Source: Pocillopora damicornis (Eukaryota). Taken from it: 64,000 nt of DNA. The stretch spans positions 1,240,001 to 1,304,000 of the forward strand of contig NW_020845073.1 in assembly GCF_003704095.1 (NCBI RefSeq), written 5' to 3'. The notes beneath the pieces are model-generated. The model saw nothing but the letters and a program-made list of their open reading frames with translations, ran no database searches and was not told where the DNA came from. How positions within the stretch are numbered: the first letter of the stretch is position 1; each line of letters starts with the position of its first letter. A program made the translations under genes and the position numbers. Positions 1 to 13,800 of this stretch are shown piece after piece.

Positions 1-78
1 TGTAGGCAGACAGCTGTCACTTTGGCGAGAAGTTACTAGTAATACGACACAGAACTTTTCCCTCTCATTATTTTTTAG

Positions 79-3000
79 TGGTCGGACAAGCAATCTAGGC
101 TGCATTTAGATGGGCATAATCTACCACATATTAATATTGCAGAATACACTAAAAAGCCTTTTTGGCGACCGAATGACTCTAGGTAAACTCACTAATTTGC
201 TTTTAATTTCCGTAGATTTTTATTTGCAAAACATAGTCAGCTTTTCTTCTTTGTTATTATTCTGTAACGAGATATAAATCGATACCTGATATGTATTTGA
301 AAACATTTGTTTAAAGTTTTAATTAGTGATAACATATCTCCTAAAAGTGGTGAACAGTGTTTAAATTGGAATGCATGTGAGAACTCACCATTAAAAAGAA
401 GCGATTCTCGCTCGGATTAAATCAAAATAGCTGTAATTTGAATCAACATTTGTGGCTCACCAGACCTTTTAGTTGTTCTAAGCTTTCATTGTACAACACG
501 ACTCTCCCGACACAGCTGTACTGCGTTCAAATATTTCAGCCGTGTTCAGTGTATCGATTCGCGTTTGTCGAGTGTAATCTGCAAACTTGATTTTATACGT
601 AGTTGTAAAAGGCGGTAGATCGATACTAATTTCCAATTAAGGAATGTGGTACAAACGTAAGAAAGCTTAAGAATTTGGATGTCACTTGTAACAAAGTTAA
701 GTAAAGTCAAGGTCGACCTGATTCATGAGATAGATGTAACAACTTTAACTTAACGCCATTTTGGCAGGATGTAGAGAAAGCCTCAATCTGTTGGAAAGAT
801 TCGAAGGTTACCTTTCAACCAATTATGCCTTTGTTTTGCTGACCTTAAAAGTTCTATCATAGCATTGAGAAGTAAAATTAAATGGATTATGACCCTTTTT
901 CCTTTTGGGGTTCTTTTTATGCGTGTATGGGTCACCTAAGTTTAGAGAACGATTGAGTGCAAATTTGAGACTACTGAGAACAGAGGATGATCATGAGTTA
1001 ATGGGCTGCAAATAGTCATCACATGAATTTGTTGGGAGCTATGATAGTTAGTTAAAAAATATCATTGATTTATGACCTCCCTCCAGTTCAAATTCATTCT
1101 TCATCATTCAATGTTTATAGAAAAGAGATGATTGCTATAGACATAAACTGACTTTGAGTGTGATGGAATGGAATATGATAGAATAATAAAATGTTTAATC
1201 TATAGAAATAAATACAATTTATGATAGGTAATAAGAGGTTCAAAAATAGGTTCTTGTGCCATATGTTACATCCCACCTTCAACCTGGAGCCTCATATCTC
1301 ATGTCACAAAGCAGTTCAAATAAGAAAGTAACAGTGCGTGAAGGACTGCCTTACTTATTTACCTCACCTGCTTAAACCTCAGGCTTTGTGTGTCTATTTG
1401 ACATTGAAGGAAAGGGAAGTGTGGGGACTGTAGATAGAATATTTTTTTGGTCAGACTCTATGAAGCATTACCAAAAATAGTCATAAGCTATTATAATAAC
1501 ATCACAACTGGCTAACTTGTCAGAAGTAACCTTTCAACCTATTTTCACAGTAGTTTTCATGGAGTATGTGATTTTGATGGAGATGCAAAAGATGTGTCCT
1601 TTTAGCAAAATTAAAACTTATCAAGAAATTTTGGTTGTCATGTTTTTTCTTTTTCTCCACAGAACCACTGTCAATCTGGGTGATGGCATCCCCACTCAAA
1701 ATGGGCACATGGTGCTTGAAGAAACTTTAGCAGATGACCGCTGGCACATCATTCAACTGCGTTTGTTGGGCAAGGAGTTAAAAGTTAAGTACAAGGAGGA
1801 AACGCGCCTTATCGTATTGCAGAGTGAACACACTACTTTTGATGTTGAAGGTTTTGCTTACGTGGGCGGTATACCTCAACACACATTGAATGTCTTGACA
1901 GCTTACAGACCATCATCAAATTTAAGAGGGTGCCTTCGAAACGTGGTTTTTGACAGATGGCAAGTTTTGTTCAGCCCCACGCCAGCGCGCAAAAACTACA
2001 GAGTTTACGGCTCACCTCAAAATAATTGCCAGCGTGAGCCATTTGAAACTGTGAGCTTTCAGTCTCCAGATTCTTTTCTATACATGCCTTCGCAGGGCGA
2101 AGACATCTTCCATGTCCAAATGCAGTTTCGCACTTATATCGCCAACGGCGTGTTAGCGTACAAATTCGAATCAGCAGTAAAAGTTAATGTGCTCTTGCGT
2201 GACGGGAAAGTAGTTTTGGATGTCTTGGTGGTTGGAGTGAGCCAACTGCCGCTGCTAATCCAGGGAGAGAGTTTAGACGATGGAGAGTGGCATTATCTTT
2301 TTGTGATTGTCACCAACACAGACGTGAAGATGAAACTGGATCAACTGGCGGAATTGAGGCACGAAAATCCAGCATTGAGGAAAGTCTCAAAGTTTAAAAA
2401 TAAAGTCTTCATAGGGAATGGCTATTTTAAGGATAAGCCAAATTTTGTCGGCTGCATCCACGATTTACATGTGGATAACAAGAAAATCGAGCTATGGGCA
2501 ATACCTTGGAGCCGTTACGCTTTCGGAAAGGTGTACAATCGTTGCAACATCTCAAGCCGTTGTTTCCCGAACCCGTGCGGACACGGTGGAAAGTGTAACG
2601 ATTTGCCGAATGGTGATTTCTCTTGCGATTGCCTAAAGACATTTCACCGTGGTCGACTCTGCGAAATACCGATATACTTAAGGACCTGTCAGGAGTATAA
2701 AGATCTGGGCCTGGCCGATGATGCTTACTGTAAAGTGGACCCTGACGGTAGGGGACCGATTAAACCCTTGGAGGTCCTTTGCAATATGACCGATCAAGAA
2801 GAAGCGGTAATGCTCGTCTATCATAGCAAAGTGGGACCTCAACCTGTTTTAATGTCCAGGGGTGATGACTATCCAGTTTACTTTCACACTTTGGAATATT
2901 CAGATCTTAATGGAATCAAAGCTTTGATAGCTCAAAGCGAGAGATGTCGTCAATTGGTTAGTTTCAACTGTTTCGGTTCTAAACTTCTGCAATCGCCAGT

Positions 3001-4651
3001 GGGTCCGGCTGTGGTGAGTTGGGCAGGAGGAGACTTAAGATACGTGTCCGACTACTGGCCAGGTGCGCCTGCCGGGAGCATGAAGTGTGCATGCGGTGTA
3101 AACAGAACGTGCGCGAATCCAGGACTTGCTTGCAACTGTGACATTGGAGACGAGAAATGGAGAGAAGACGAAGGTAGGCCTCAGTATGCAAGTTCTGCAT
3201 ACCGTACTCTATTTATTTCCTATGGCACTAGCAAGGAGAATTTATCCAATAATCAAGAGGTTATTGAGGTCATCATCATTTCCTTTATTCTCAAGACTTA
3301 AATGTGTGACTCAGCGGTGATACTGTTTCGGGAAATTGGATGCAGTTCGGTGTTAAGGGTTAAGCCGATATCTCTCTTGTTCCCCTAAAGGTCACCGGAC
3401 AAAAACTAGACAGCTGAATTGAACGACTCGCTCAAACTTATCAGAACTAAGAAAAATTTTTTTTAATGCATGTAAGCATGAGCTACGGACCGATTTCCTT
3501 AAACCACTTCCTAATATCGATCAATCTTGCCTCTTTTGAGGGTGATAACCTCTGGCAGTAACGGGCCTGCTCGAGTGCGTTCGTAAAACTTTAGCTCAAT
3601 GAAGCCTAGATTTAGATAAGAAAGAGTTTGCAGCGTGTCTGTAAGAGAGGCCACTTTTTTATTTTTTATTTTTTAAGAAAATACCCACGAAGTATTGAAA
3701 TTCTTCCTTTTTTTCTCCGCTTAAGGCTACGTTACAAACCGCGCCAAGCTACCCGTAATTTTTCTCACATTTTCTAAGACTGCTGCACGATCGTATTTTA
3801 TGGTTGGGCCGCTGGAATGCTCTGGAACACTAAAGAACGATAGAAAATTGTCCCAGAAGGCACAACGCGATGCCTCACGCTTCCTGTATTCTATATGTCG
3901 CCCTGTGAATCCCACTTCTCCGGAACCTCGTCTTAGTTCATCTATTTCAACGTACATTGAGCACAAGAGTTGGAGTTGGCAAGTTCAAGAGGAGCCTTCT
4001 TTGCATCCACCCACAGAATTGCCCACAACGAGAAAACTAAGAAACAAAGTCATCTCCTCAAAACCAACCATAGCACATGAAGTAACTACCACTGTCTACC
4101 GTGTCTCTTCACCATTCACTTTTGACGAAAAGACGCAAACTGCCTCAGATGTAAGACTTAAGAAAGACAGGAAGAGTGAAACAACCGCCGGTGCTGCCAT
4201 GTCTCCTACAATAGCTCGCCCTGTCTCGGTGTCTTCTGAAGTGTTCGGCTCTGCACTGCCGCCATCAAACGTATCCCAATGTTGCAGTGATTCCGAGGAC
4301 GTTACAGTTCCCTTTGATCAAGATGCGTCCACTGGAGAGCGAGTCGCTGGTAGAATATCTTGGCAAGTAATGGTGGCCTGGGTGCTTATGATCGTTGTAT
4401 TTGTCATGTTTGTTCTTGGCATTTTTATTTTCATGAAGCGCTCCAATCGAAGAATGGTGCCCAGTTGTGGGCTTTGGGGAGTCTGTAAACAGAAGAAGCT
4501 GCAATCGTTTGCAGAAGAAGAGCACGGTTTTCCCGAGATAAGACTGAGGTCGCGCTCTGGCGAGCTGAATTTGCCTGAAGTTCGTCGCTCGATCGATGCC
4601 GGTAGTTATAACGTGAGAACCGGCATAATTGCATACGGGGAACCCTTCTAG
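79..4651 (+). CDS. Contactin-associated protein (Caspr)/neurexin-IV-like single-pass membrane protein, 3' part. Exons 1663-3173 and 3726-4651, plus a tentative upstream exon 79-182; the 5' end is outside the window
   Basis: Two LamG domains (LADDRWH..YVGG..LRGCL; LDDGEWH..FIG..FVGCI), an EGF repeat (CFPNPCGHGGKC..CDC..GRLC) and a Caspr-type fibrinogen-like region (RTCQEYK..VDPDGRGP..CACG..CNCD..WREDEGYVT). These are followed by a S/T/P-rich stalk, a TM helix (VMVAWVLMIVVFVMFVLGIFIFM) and a basic stop-transfer. The 3173/3726 junction is GT-AG and in phase. Confidence 0.85.
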
Positions 4652-6068
4652 TCGTAGAGGAGTACACCTTACAACACAAACAGGTAAGTAATTTTCGTTA
4701 TGTTACTCCTTATCAATCAGTCAAAGGCATCGAGGCAATGGTAATTAACTGGAATTCGTAGTCCGAATCTCCAGGGTATGACCAGTCACAGTGGCTTGTT
4801 AAGCTAGACTGGTCCCATAATCACTTACATTCGTTTCTTTCGACGACGGAGCTCAGAATTCACCATATCTCTATTCACTCATACATCGCTTATCGTGCCT
4901 CAGCAGGTAGGATAACCTTGCCTGTTTCCAGAGCCTCCGTGTACTAGGCCAGCGGAAACTATTTAGTCCAATGTGTCATTGTGTAGCTGTTACGAAAGAC
5001 ACCGGTGACGGGACAGCTGTTGCTACTCACAACTCGATAAGAACGCCCCGTAAAATTGTCTCGATGTGGAGTGTTCACCCGGTTACCTGAAATTATATAA
5101 ATCATCGGCCTTAATTTATATCGACTGGAAGGTGAAAACGAGACAAAAATTTCAATAAATAGTACTCGTGATCTGTCGTTTTCCTCCGTAGCAATTTCTC
5201 CCCGTGCTTGGTTACCCGAGTATTAACCCTACAAGACGTCGTGTTAATTTCCAATAACGAATGCTGGCCAAACCGCTCATGCGAATGACACTTGCGAGTT
5301 TTAATTGTTATGGTAACCAGGATTTATTTTAGAACGCAACTTTGCGGTATTTCCACAAATTGGAAAGATATGCCGCATAAAATTTACATTGCTGCGTCAA
5401 ATGGGGCGCAAAATAAAATTAAAAAACAAACCTAGGGATTAGTATTATTTTTTGGAAATAAAATATTCGAAAACATCACTGACAACAACACAGATTTGAC
5501 GGCCGTTCTATAACCTCACTTTAACTTTTATAGCCTCTTACTGCCTCAATTGCCTTTCTCTTCCTGGTTTGAGTCATTATTTCACCACTCAAACATCCGG
5601 GATTCTGCAGTAATCCGAGCACACGCTTTTTTCAGTTGCCCAGAAAGCCCTCCTAGAATTACTGATAGGGGCCCATTTGCTCGAAATATTACTGTGATCG
5701 AAATATTAGTTTGTATAGGTTGAACTATTGTACTTCATACAGTTTCGGAAGTGAAATTTCCCCCCTCCCCCACTAATTCTTTAATTTTTTTTTGTCGTTA
5801 CAGTTGATTGATGTTGGGTTCACCTGATCTTTGGGCCAGTTGGCGTTGTGTTCAGCTTTTTCTTTATATATATATATAAGGAGTTTGCCATTGCCTTTGG
5901 GCAAATTAATTGCATAGCCTGTAACAATTTTACCATCAGTTTTAGTTTTGGTTAGAACCAGGCTATGACATAAACTGGTTCGATAGGCTCTGAGCAGCCC
6001 CTCCTTTTCGGCAAAGTCCATCGGCTTGAGGCGCTCGAAAAGTACTTTTTGAGCCCCACACTCCAGGA

Positions 6069-6168
6069 NNNNNNNNNNNNNNNNNNNNNNNNNNNNNNNN
6101 NNNNNNNNNNNNNNNNNNNNNNNNNNNNNNNNNNNNNNNNNNNNNNNNNNNNNNNNNNNNNNNNNNNN
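6069..6168. other. Assembly gap (100 N)
   Basis: Run of N. Confidence 0.99.
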
Positions 6169-6500
6169 AGTGTCACTAGCACAATGGCTGCATTTTCACG
6201 AAAACTTTTTTCGAAGGCGCTTTCCGCTATTTAATGATTCCACGCAGTTTTGACGGCCTTGTTTGATTTTTTCACCCATTGCCCGAAGACTGCGAACTGA
6301 TGCTCTATCCCGCGCAAATTTCCCACGAGAAGGTTTGATACAATTCAATCAATTCACGGACCTCGACATGCTCTGTCACTGAGGGTGCGAATGAGGTACA
6401 GATCGCCATCTTAGCAGCGCCTTTTGCGAGCAGTCTCTGAGGGAATCTCTTAAAAATGTCTGTATTCAGTTGAAATCGTGTTTAACATTCATGCACAAAA

Positions 6501-8112
6501 ATGCAACATAGCGAGTCAGAAAATGTCCGCGATAAAAATTTCACGGAATCTTCAGCAAACCTCGCGGCAGCTGTCGACGATGGATTTGCAAAGGACAAGC
6601 AAACAGTAGAAATGGAATTTGCACAAACGCAATATAGTCCAAGAGGTGTTGTACTACTATACTTTAGAGGCGAACCTGCTGCAGAAGTGGACAGGCATTT
6701 TTCCAGGACCTTTGCGGAGTTGTGCTGTCTTCCTGGTTCAAGTTCCCCGGAGAACAGTTTGGAAGATTCCCATTTCCAAGGTAACATAGAAGCTTTAGCG
6801 AAGGCTTAAATTTATTCTTAGAGTTGTTTTCTCTAAAAAATTTCTTCATTAAGAGACAGAGCATGACATGGTTTGTTTATACTACGGCATAACTTGAGGC
6901 GCCACAATGCTCATAGTACACATATAGTGCACCATAGCGCCATCGTGCTCATGTCACGGCGAATCAGCAGAATTTGTTGCTAGATGATGCTAAAATCCTT
7001 AAGTGTTAGAAAATTGCCCAAATTTCTAATGCGTGATCATCATTATAACTTCCCAGGTCAGGTTCCACGTAATTTCTCGCTCGTAAGGGAAATATTGAAG
7101 GTTATTTCAGGTATTTATTAGAATTAGAATAACGTGACATTTGGGACTTGGAGTGCGTTACAATCCACGTGATAAAGATTGTTTTGGCGTCGTCAGGAGG
7201 AATTATTTTCATCCCCAGGCCCGTTATTTTTACTCGTCAATCATTTGGTTAAACAAAGAAACAATACGCGAGAAAACCAGAAAAAAAGAACGAAGACGCT
7301 TGAAGCCACTTAAAACTCACCTAGCTTTTCCTGATCAAGCCAATAAACTTTCTTTTTCTTCCGATACTGGCCTGATTAATTTCAAAATAAGCATTTTGTA
7401 TCATTCAAATGCGTTCATCTGTGACTAAGTTTGTCAGCTTGTTGTCGCCAGATCTCAATGACTGAGTTTTCAATTTCTTCCTTCAGGAAGAACATGTGTT
7501 CCAATCCCCATGTCGCAGAGGAATCTGCCGCCGTCGTTTTGGAATCCGTCTCACAAGAACAAATCCCAACACCCAGCTCATACAGGCTCAAGTCACCATG
7601 GCAACTCAGTAAACATATTTCAGCAAAAGCATAATATGATGAATCATTATAACAGCAACTACCAACCAACTGTGCGCTATGATAACTTCAATCGTCATAC
7701 TGAGTCAAATTTTGTTCACACGCGAACAATCCCAGTGTCCTATGCACAACTAGCAACAGGGACTATAAAAAGCGACTCCTCAGGGCCACAAATACGTGTT
7801 CAACCTTTCCATGCATTCCTGCATTCATTACCGCACGAGTCTGCCTCACAGAATAGCGACCTGGAGCCGAATTCATTACGGTTTGATCCCAGCTATAATT
7901 CACTTCTTGTTCAGCCAGATGTGAAGCCTCATTTGCCGCACATCCCTGGAGAACCATCCTGCACAAGAACTGACGCCAGAAATAAAAATCCGGTAGGATT
8001 TCCGGCAGAATCACCCATGAGAAAAGAAGAAAAACTAAGAAGTACCTCAACTAAAATTTATGCATTTGAGTTATCAGCCCAAGATGAATTTAAAAATGAT
8101 CTGGAGTACTAG
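6501..8112 (+). CDS. VGLL: Vestigial-like (TONDU domain) TEAD cofactor, 2 exons (6501-6780, 7487-8112), about 301 aa
   Basis: TONDU motif RGVVLLYFRGEPAAEVDRHFSRTF (family pattern CVLFTYFxGD..VDEHFSRAL) and the conserved VGLL motif PMSQRNLPPSFWN. A phase-1 GT-AG intron joins the two ORFs. Confidence 0.88.
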
Positions 8113-8799
8113 TAATTAGTTAAGATTAAATAGAGTGCATGAGGCCGCAACATTTGAGGTAACTGTTACGAACTTGAATGTTAAAACAATTATGTGTTGC
8201 CATTTCTAAAGAATTTGTGTTGACAAAATTTGAGGGTTCCCAAGCTAAAATTATAGAAGTACTTCAAATTATTCAAATAAGAGGAATGCAAGAATAAGTA
8301 TCGGTAGTTACCTTTTAAAAAGTAGCGAAATCGACTAAAGCTCGTCTAAAACTACCACGTATTTGTCGGTGCGTGGAGGGAGGCGAAAACAAGAGAGACT
8401 AGAACATTTCAAAAGTTGCCATAATGTGAAAAAGTCTGCTTCAAAACTGGGAAACGCGGTAGTCTTGATGAGGGCGGAAACTCATTTTCTTCACAAAACT
8501 TTAAATTTTTTCAGTGTTTATCAAGTTCTGCAATCATGGAAAGAATCCTGGTTTTCTAAATTGTAGATAAATTTCTAAAGTAAAGGGGAAAATAAAACTG
8601 TTTATTGTCCGTTGTACGTAGTATATTTAAAAACGTTGGAATCTATATCGAAATATCTACAACGTACGTGTGAAACATACAGCAACGCCTAATTATTATA
8701 ACCTGCACGATCTTTTCTTTTTTAATTAGCTCAGATGGAATTGGTGAAGTTTTACTGTTTTAACTAGACGTCTTCCATCAAACGGTTACGTCCCTTAAG

Positions 8800-9886
8800 G
8801 GTCAAAGGGTTAGATTAAACAAATCCGTTCTCTGTTTTTACATCGATACAAAGCTGTTTCTCCTGAAGATTCCCTGGACTTTGTTTCTACCATGACGCCA
8901 TAACGACTGGGCACTGCCTGCGCTGACGTCATGACTGACAAGTGAATTGATTTTTTGTTGGCTTCTTTAAGTTGCATTCCCCACTGCGAGAGCTGAAGGA
9001 TATCTTGAATCTTGATGCGCACACTGTTTTCTCTGCTTTTGGGATTATCTTCGTCTGCAAAAATCAAGTTGGTTATGCGTCAACCTGAAGGAAAGTTCTT
9101 CGAAAGGATGTGACAGTTACAACTAGAATTAGAAATCATCCTTGGTTTGGATCTCTCTGGTATAAAAGCGCATTCCATGGCAAAAGCTGAGAAGGGTGTA
9201 AGCTCCTTGTAAAGCAAAACTAAAGGGAAACAAATAACATGAACAGTAAAACTTTCCGCAAATCAATGAGGCCACCTTGGTCGCACTGTAGAGCCAGTTT
9301 AGGGTCTACATGAAATGTTTACAGCACAATTGTTAACTTATTCAGATTTTTGTTCTTGTCTCCCATAGGAAGAAAGCGGGCAGAAACGTGTAACCTATTC
9401 TAGGTTATATCCTTCTGATGAGAATTGTTTCAACGCTCTAATCCTAACTCTTTGATAGCCAGAAAATATGGCCAAACAGCACAGCATCGTAAGCTGGACG
9501 TCAAAAACAAAACGGGATCCGCAACGAAATAGAGAATTTTGTTCTGTTCTAATTCTTGCCTCAAAATCCATATCGGAAAAAGTGCTTGAGGAGAGGCATC
9601 GATGAGAATATCGTCAGTGTTTGCTTGTGCTTATACTAGCTTGTAGTGTGTATCAAACACAGAATCTACGTAATAAATCACTGCATTGTTGCCCATTTAC
9701 CAGAGACAAAGAGGAGCGTGATAACGTCAGAGTCCGGATTGTAGTCTCTGTTAAACTTGACTGTTACATCAAACACCTCCCCTCTCCTTAGTACTAACTC
9801 CTCAATCTCCGGGTAATTTTCTGTTTTGTGAGCTGCTTGGTTTTCTGTTATGTGAAAGTTAATCATCTCGGCCTGCAACTCGTTTT
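8800..9886 (-). pseudogene. Transglutaminase N-terminal beta-sandwich fragment (exons 9886-9701 and 9054-~8800), truncated
   Basis: N..AHKTENY..LVLRRGEVF motif and a second exon (..WGMQL..SAQAVPSRY..VET..ICLI) joined in phase 1. The conserved LxFNPW motif reads TTA ATC TAA CCC TT (frameshift/stop). No catalytic-core exon (GQCWVF) is seen before the VGLL 3' end. Confidence 0.8.
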
Positions 9887-10089
9887 CTGGAAGAAGAAAA
9901 AAGGTGAAGACTCAGTTCTACATTTACTTCAGTTTCAGCTAAGTCCTGAGTCCGGTTTACTCTGTCGGAGTTATCAATTGGTCTTTACTGTTATACTTTT
10001 TTGTTGCTAATATTTTTTAAGGGCATCGCATAGCTTCGACGAAATTATTCTCAACGCATTCAGCCATAAATTGGTTACAGAATGAAAAA

Positions 10090-10232
10090 TAGAATGAACG
10101 AGATGGTAAGTTTTGAGCTCGGTAAAGAAATAGAGAAAGATATTTTTCGTCTTCTCACAAGCGTGGGTTAAAGAATTAAAAAAATTCTGCGTTTTTCAGT
10201 AGAACGCGACAAGACGAAAAACTTCTATCTTT
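10090..10232. repeat. Dispersed repeat; a related copy lies at about 33965-34072
   Basis: Shared sequence agatggtaa..gagct..taaaga.atagagaaagat...tcttgtcac.ag.gtgg with internal inverted symmetry. Confidence 0.55.
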
Positions 10233-10830
10233 AGAATAAAACTGTTTCAAACATTTCGATGTTGGATCGAGAGGGTTGCAATGACCGAGACTGAAGTAGA
10301 CAATACTGTTTGTAAAAAGTGTTTTAGTCCGCCGATGTACTTCAATCGAACCTATCTTAAAAAAACATCATGTACCAGGCGTATATAACATCAAAATATA
10401 ATCTCAGCCGTATTAACCATGTTAGCTGGATAAGGAAAAGCTAAATGCACGCACATTTACGCACAATTACGTATCAAGTGTAAGAATTTTAAAACCTTTT
10501 TCTGTCAGATTTCTGTTCCTCGAATCGACTTGTTTTGCACTGGTGACAAAAGAACTTTCCTCGTCTTTTTGCCTTTCACAAGAACCAGTAGGTCTAAATG
10601 AAAAGTACAACAAGGTCGTAAGATCTCGTAAGGGTATTTCAACTTGATCGAATTGGCAATCGGCATCAATCTTTTTTGGTCGATCGAATTTTTTCCTTGC
10701 ATGCGTAGAAGCAGAAAAATTATCAGCCGCAGGTCGACCATAACTCGACCCAGCAATTAAAGTTTCCTCCTCTTCGCTCGAGAACGTTGGGACCTTGCAT
10801 TGAGAAGAAGGCTTTTTATCTGAATGAGGG

Positions 10831-11078
10831 TAGCCTTAAGAACAGGTGTACTCTGTTTCGTTTTTCAGTCGAACTGAGAAAAGCGGGAGAAAAGCGCGAG
10901 GCAAGCGCGAAGTGCGAGTCATGCACGAGAGAAGAAGCGCAAAAAAAATAAATAAATAAAAATAATGCCTGTACTCACGCTATTGTTATTGGTCGCGCTC
11001 TTTCCCTCGCGCGTAACTAGCGCTTGCCGCGCTCAGTTCGCCTGTAAAACGCAAAAAATTACCCGGGTCTGCAGGCTA
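10831..11078. mobile_element. MITE-like foldback element
   Basis: Termini tagcct../..caggcta and internal inverted arms (gcaagcgc..gagagaagaagcgc vs gcgctctttccctc..gcgcttgc). Confidence 0.5.
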
Positions 11079-13711
11079 GGATGAATGAGCTGCTGTTCTA
11101 TGATGCATCCTATCTCCTACAAGTCACAATTATTTGTTTGGTGATCCCAGACTCGGAAAGTATCAGTAAACTAAGAAAGAACAAGGGTTCTTTTCCAGAC
11201 GAAAGATTGTTGAATTATAGACAATGTTTCGTGTTGAGCTTTAAAAGTGACACTTACTGTCTCTGTTGAAAAGTGTCACCGGGTTCTACTAAATTCTTCC
11301 GCCTGAAGGAAAAGCAAACGTTTAATATTTTGTAACCATTAGTAATTTAGGGCGTCGCCTGCACTAATGTTATTTCAGTTGCATAAGGAACTGGAATTCT
11401 GTCTTCAAAGTCGAGGTTGAAGTCGTTTTTATCAACTAACTCCACTTCTAGCAATATGCATACATCTTGCTTTCACTCAGGACATCAGATCGATGCCGGT
11501 AGATATTGCCATTACTGTAATCATCGTTCGTGAGAGATACTACGAGTAATTAAGATAATTCGCAAAATCGTGGTCTCATGTTTACATAAGCACCGATCGA
11601 CACGCAAACTAACTTAAGGGCGCTTAAGAAGGACATAAATGAAGGCAGACTAATCGAGAGAGATCCACCCGAACGACGTGGTTTGCGTTGCTAGGCGCAG
11701 ACCCGAAGGATCTTTTGTTACCCAAACAAGGGAGACGTGAGAGCTCGTACTACTCTATATATCTATTTAATACTGATTTAATAAAATGTAAAATCGATCT
11801 CCGTGGAAAAAAACACTTTTATTCCACCTTTAGGTGAACTATTACCGGACGGTTCTTTAAAATCAATAAATCCTAACAGTTTACCACCAACGCGTGAGAA
11901 AGGTCCCTTTGTGCCTCATGGATGGATATTTCCGCTGAAAAGAAAGGAACTTCAGGTTCTGCTAGATTCCTGTGTCAAAAAAGGAACCAACGAAACAGCT
12001 TTGTTTGCAACTTCTCAAAAGACGAACCGTGCTTACAACTCAGGCTCGAGTGTACGGTACTCTTATTGTTCTTAGTCAACCCTTGCAAAACCTACATGAT
12101 ATCTATATCATATTGTCTAAATGATGAAAAAAAAAACCAAACCTGACCACTCAGCTTGAAACTCCCTGCTACAATTCTTTTTTACCTTTGATCCGGCTGA
12201 TGTAGCGATCTTCAATTCGGCTTCGAGTGGCGATTTTACACCTCAGTCTAAAATTAAATGAAGTTCAAAGCTGTGGTTCGTGTAAGAAGAAGCCTAAAAG
12301 GAGCACAGTCTAATCCTTTCTGAAACGAGAGTAGATGGCGGTCTTTGTTAAAGGAGATTAGTGTGTCTACAAACGAAATTATATTTTCAATTTAGTTTTT
12401 GAAGCAACCGCACGATTCTTCACTTGACAACAGCTAATTAAAATTTTGATTCGGTCTACAGGGCATCGTGCTAGGATCCACAATGAATAGTTTTAGTAAA
12501 GGTCCTAGTTTTCATTTAGTAGTGCGAATACAAGTTGATGTCGGGTGGAAGCTAGCATACTATTCAATTAATTCAATCAGTTTCGAGTTCGTGATTATGA
12601 TAAAACGATCAATATCTCTCACACTTGCTTTGTTTTGTTTTATCGATATGGCCAGTCATAGCTTGGTTTGGAAAAATATCAGTCCACAGCAAAAATCGAT
12701 TTTTGCCTAAGACAACAGTCATTCACTAAATCTAGTGAAAGTGGCTGCAGTTTTTTATTGTTGGTATGTTTTTTGGTTAGCCGTTTGTGCGTACCAAACA
12801 ATAATAAAACAAAACAAAAACGTGACGGCAAGGTCACGTGTCAAAGTCCCAGATGATACCTTTCGAAACCGTCTGCCAGTGTGTCCCCTCAAATCAGGAG
12901 TTCTGGTCACTTTTCTGAAAGCTTAGCCATGTTGTATCTTACTCTGCCAGTTATATCTATCAATGAATGTTACTGTTAACAAGCTTAGAGTGGGTTGGTC
13001 AAGGAGCTAATATAGTAATCTCCGGTCCTTGATATTTACTATACTTCAGCAAGTCAAAATCAACGATCTGAGGTCATTCCCAAATTGGAACTTTTTTAAA
13101 TTAAGGATTAACCTTTTCGTCCATGGCTCTCTTTTATTCCTCAACTTGGCACAGATCAGAGGTTTGAAAATGAGAAGTGATGACCGGTGATGGGATGTTC
13201 AGTGCATCTGAGTTATTACATAAAAAGCTTTGATAAAGGCAAATTGCTTTGGTAGTTTTTCACGACCACTTTACCCTCAAATGATGGCGCTCTCGATGTC
13301 CGTAGGTGTCATTGGGTTGCAGGAAGGGTACACACTTTTGCCGGAATGTGCATGTCCTGCTAACCAGCCAATGGTTTCCAGGCTTCTGAATCCCTGGTAG
13401 GCAGTTTCAAGTTTTCAAATGAACAGGGCGTCAACCAGAAGCCTTGGAAAAGCTGCAGACATTGCGTAGTCCAAGAGCGTCGACGCAGTTTAGTTAAATC
13501 TCATTCTGTGTACCTTGTCTACAGAGCATACTACTTGTATATGAGAGGATATATTCCCATGTACCTGTGCCAATCTGACTTGGTGCTAGGAGTGGCTCCA
13601 CAAGATCGATTTAACGAACTCCATATTTGTGTGCTTTTGTCCAAAACAAATTAATGTCGAGGTTAGAGGTCTGAACATCACAACTCTTGGCATCAGCTAA
13701 AATCCGAAACA

Positions 13712-13800
13712 CCGAACATGCTGGTACTCCGGAACATGTTCGGTGTTCCAGCATGTTTAGGGATGTTCCAGCATGTTCCGGCATGTTCTAGCGTTCCAGC
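13712..13800. repeat. Short tandem repeat, unit about 10-11 bp (gcatgttcca/g)
   Basis: Repeated catgttcc/atgttcca units. Confidence 0.7.

Noticed and set aside
1517-1662. N-terminal 48 aa of the 594-aa ORF
   Set aside because: Starts at TTG and runs through a pyrimidine tract and AG acceptor at 1661-1662, so it is intron read-through. The last 40 or so codons after 3173 are likewise intronic.
5773-6068. Short ORFs beside the N gap
   Set aside because: No recognisable motif. The GC-rich part resembles a repeat terminus and abuts a gap.
8282-9177. Several CATTCC/GGAATG TEAD-like sites near VGLL
   Set aside because: Six-mers at a frequency not clearly above chance.
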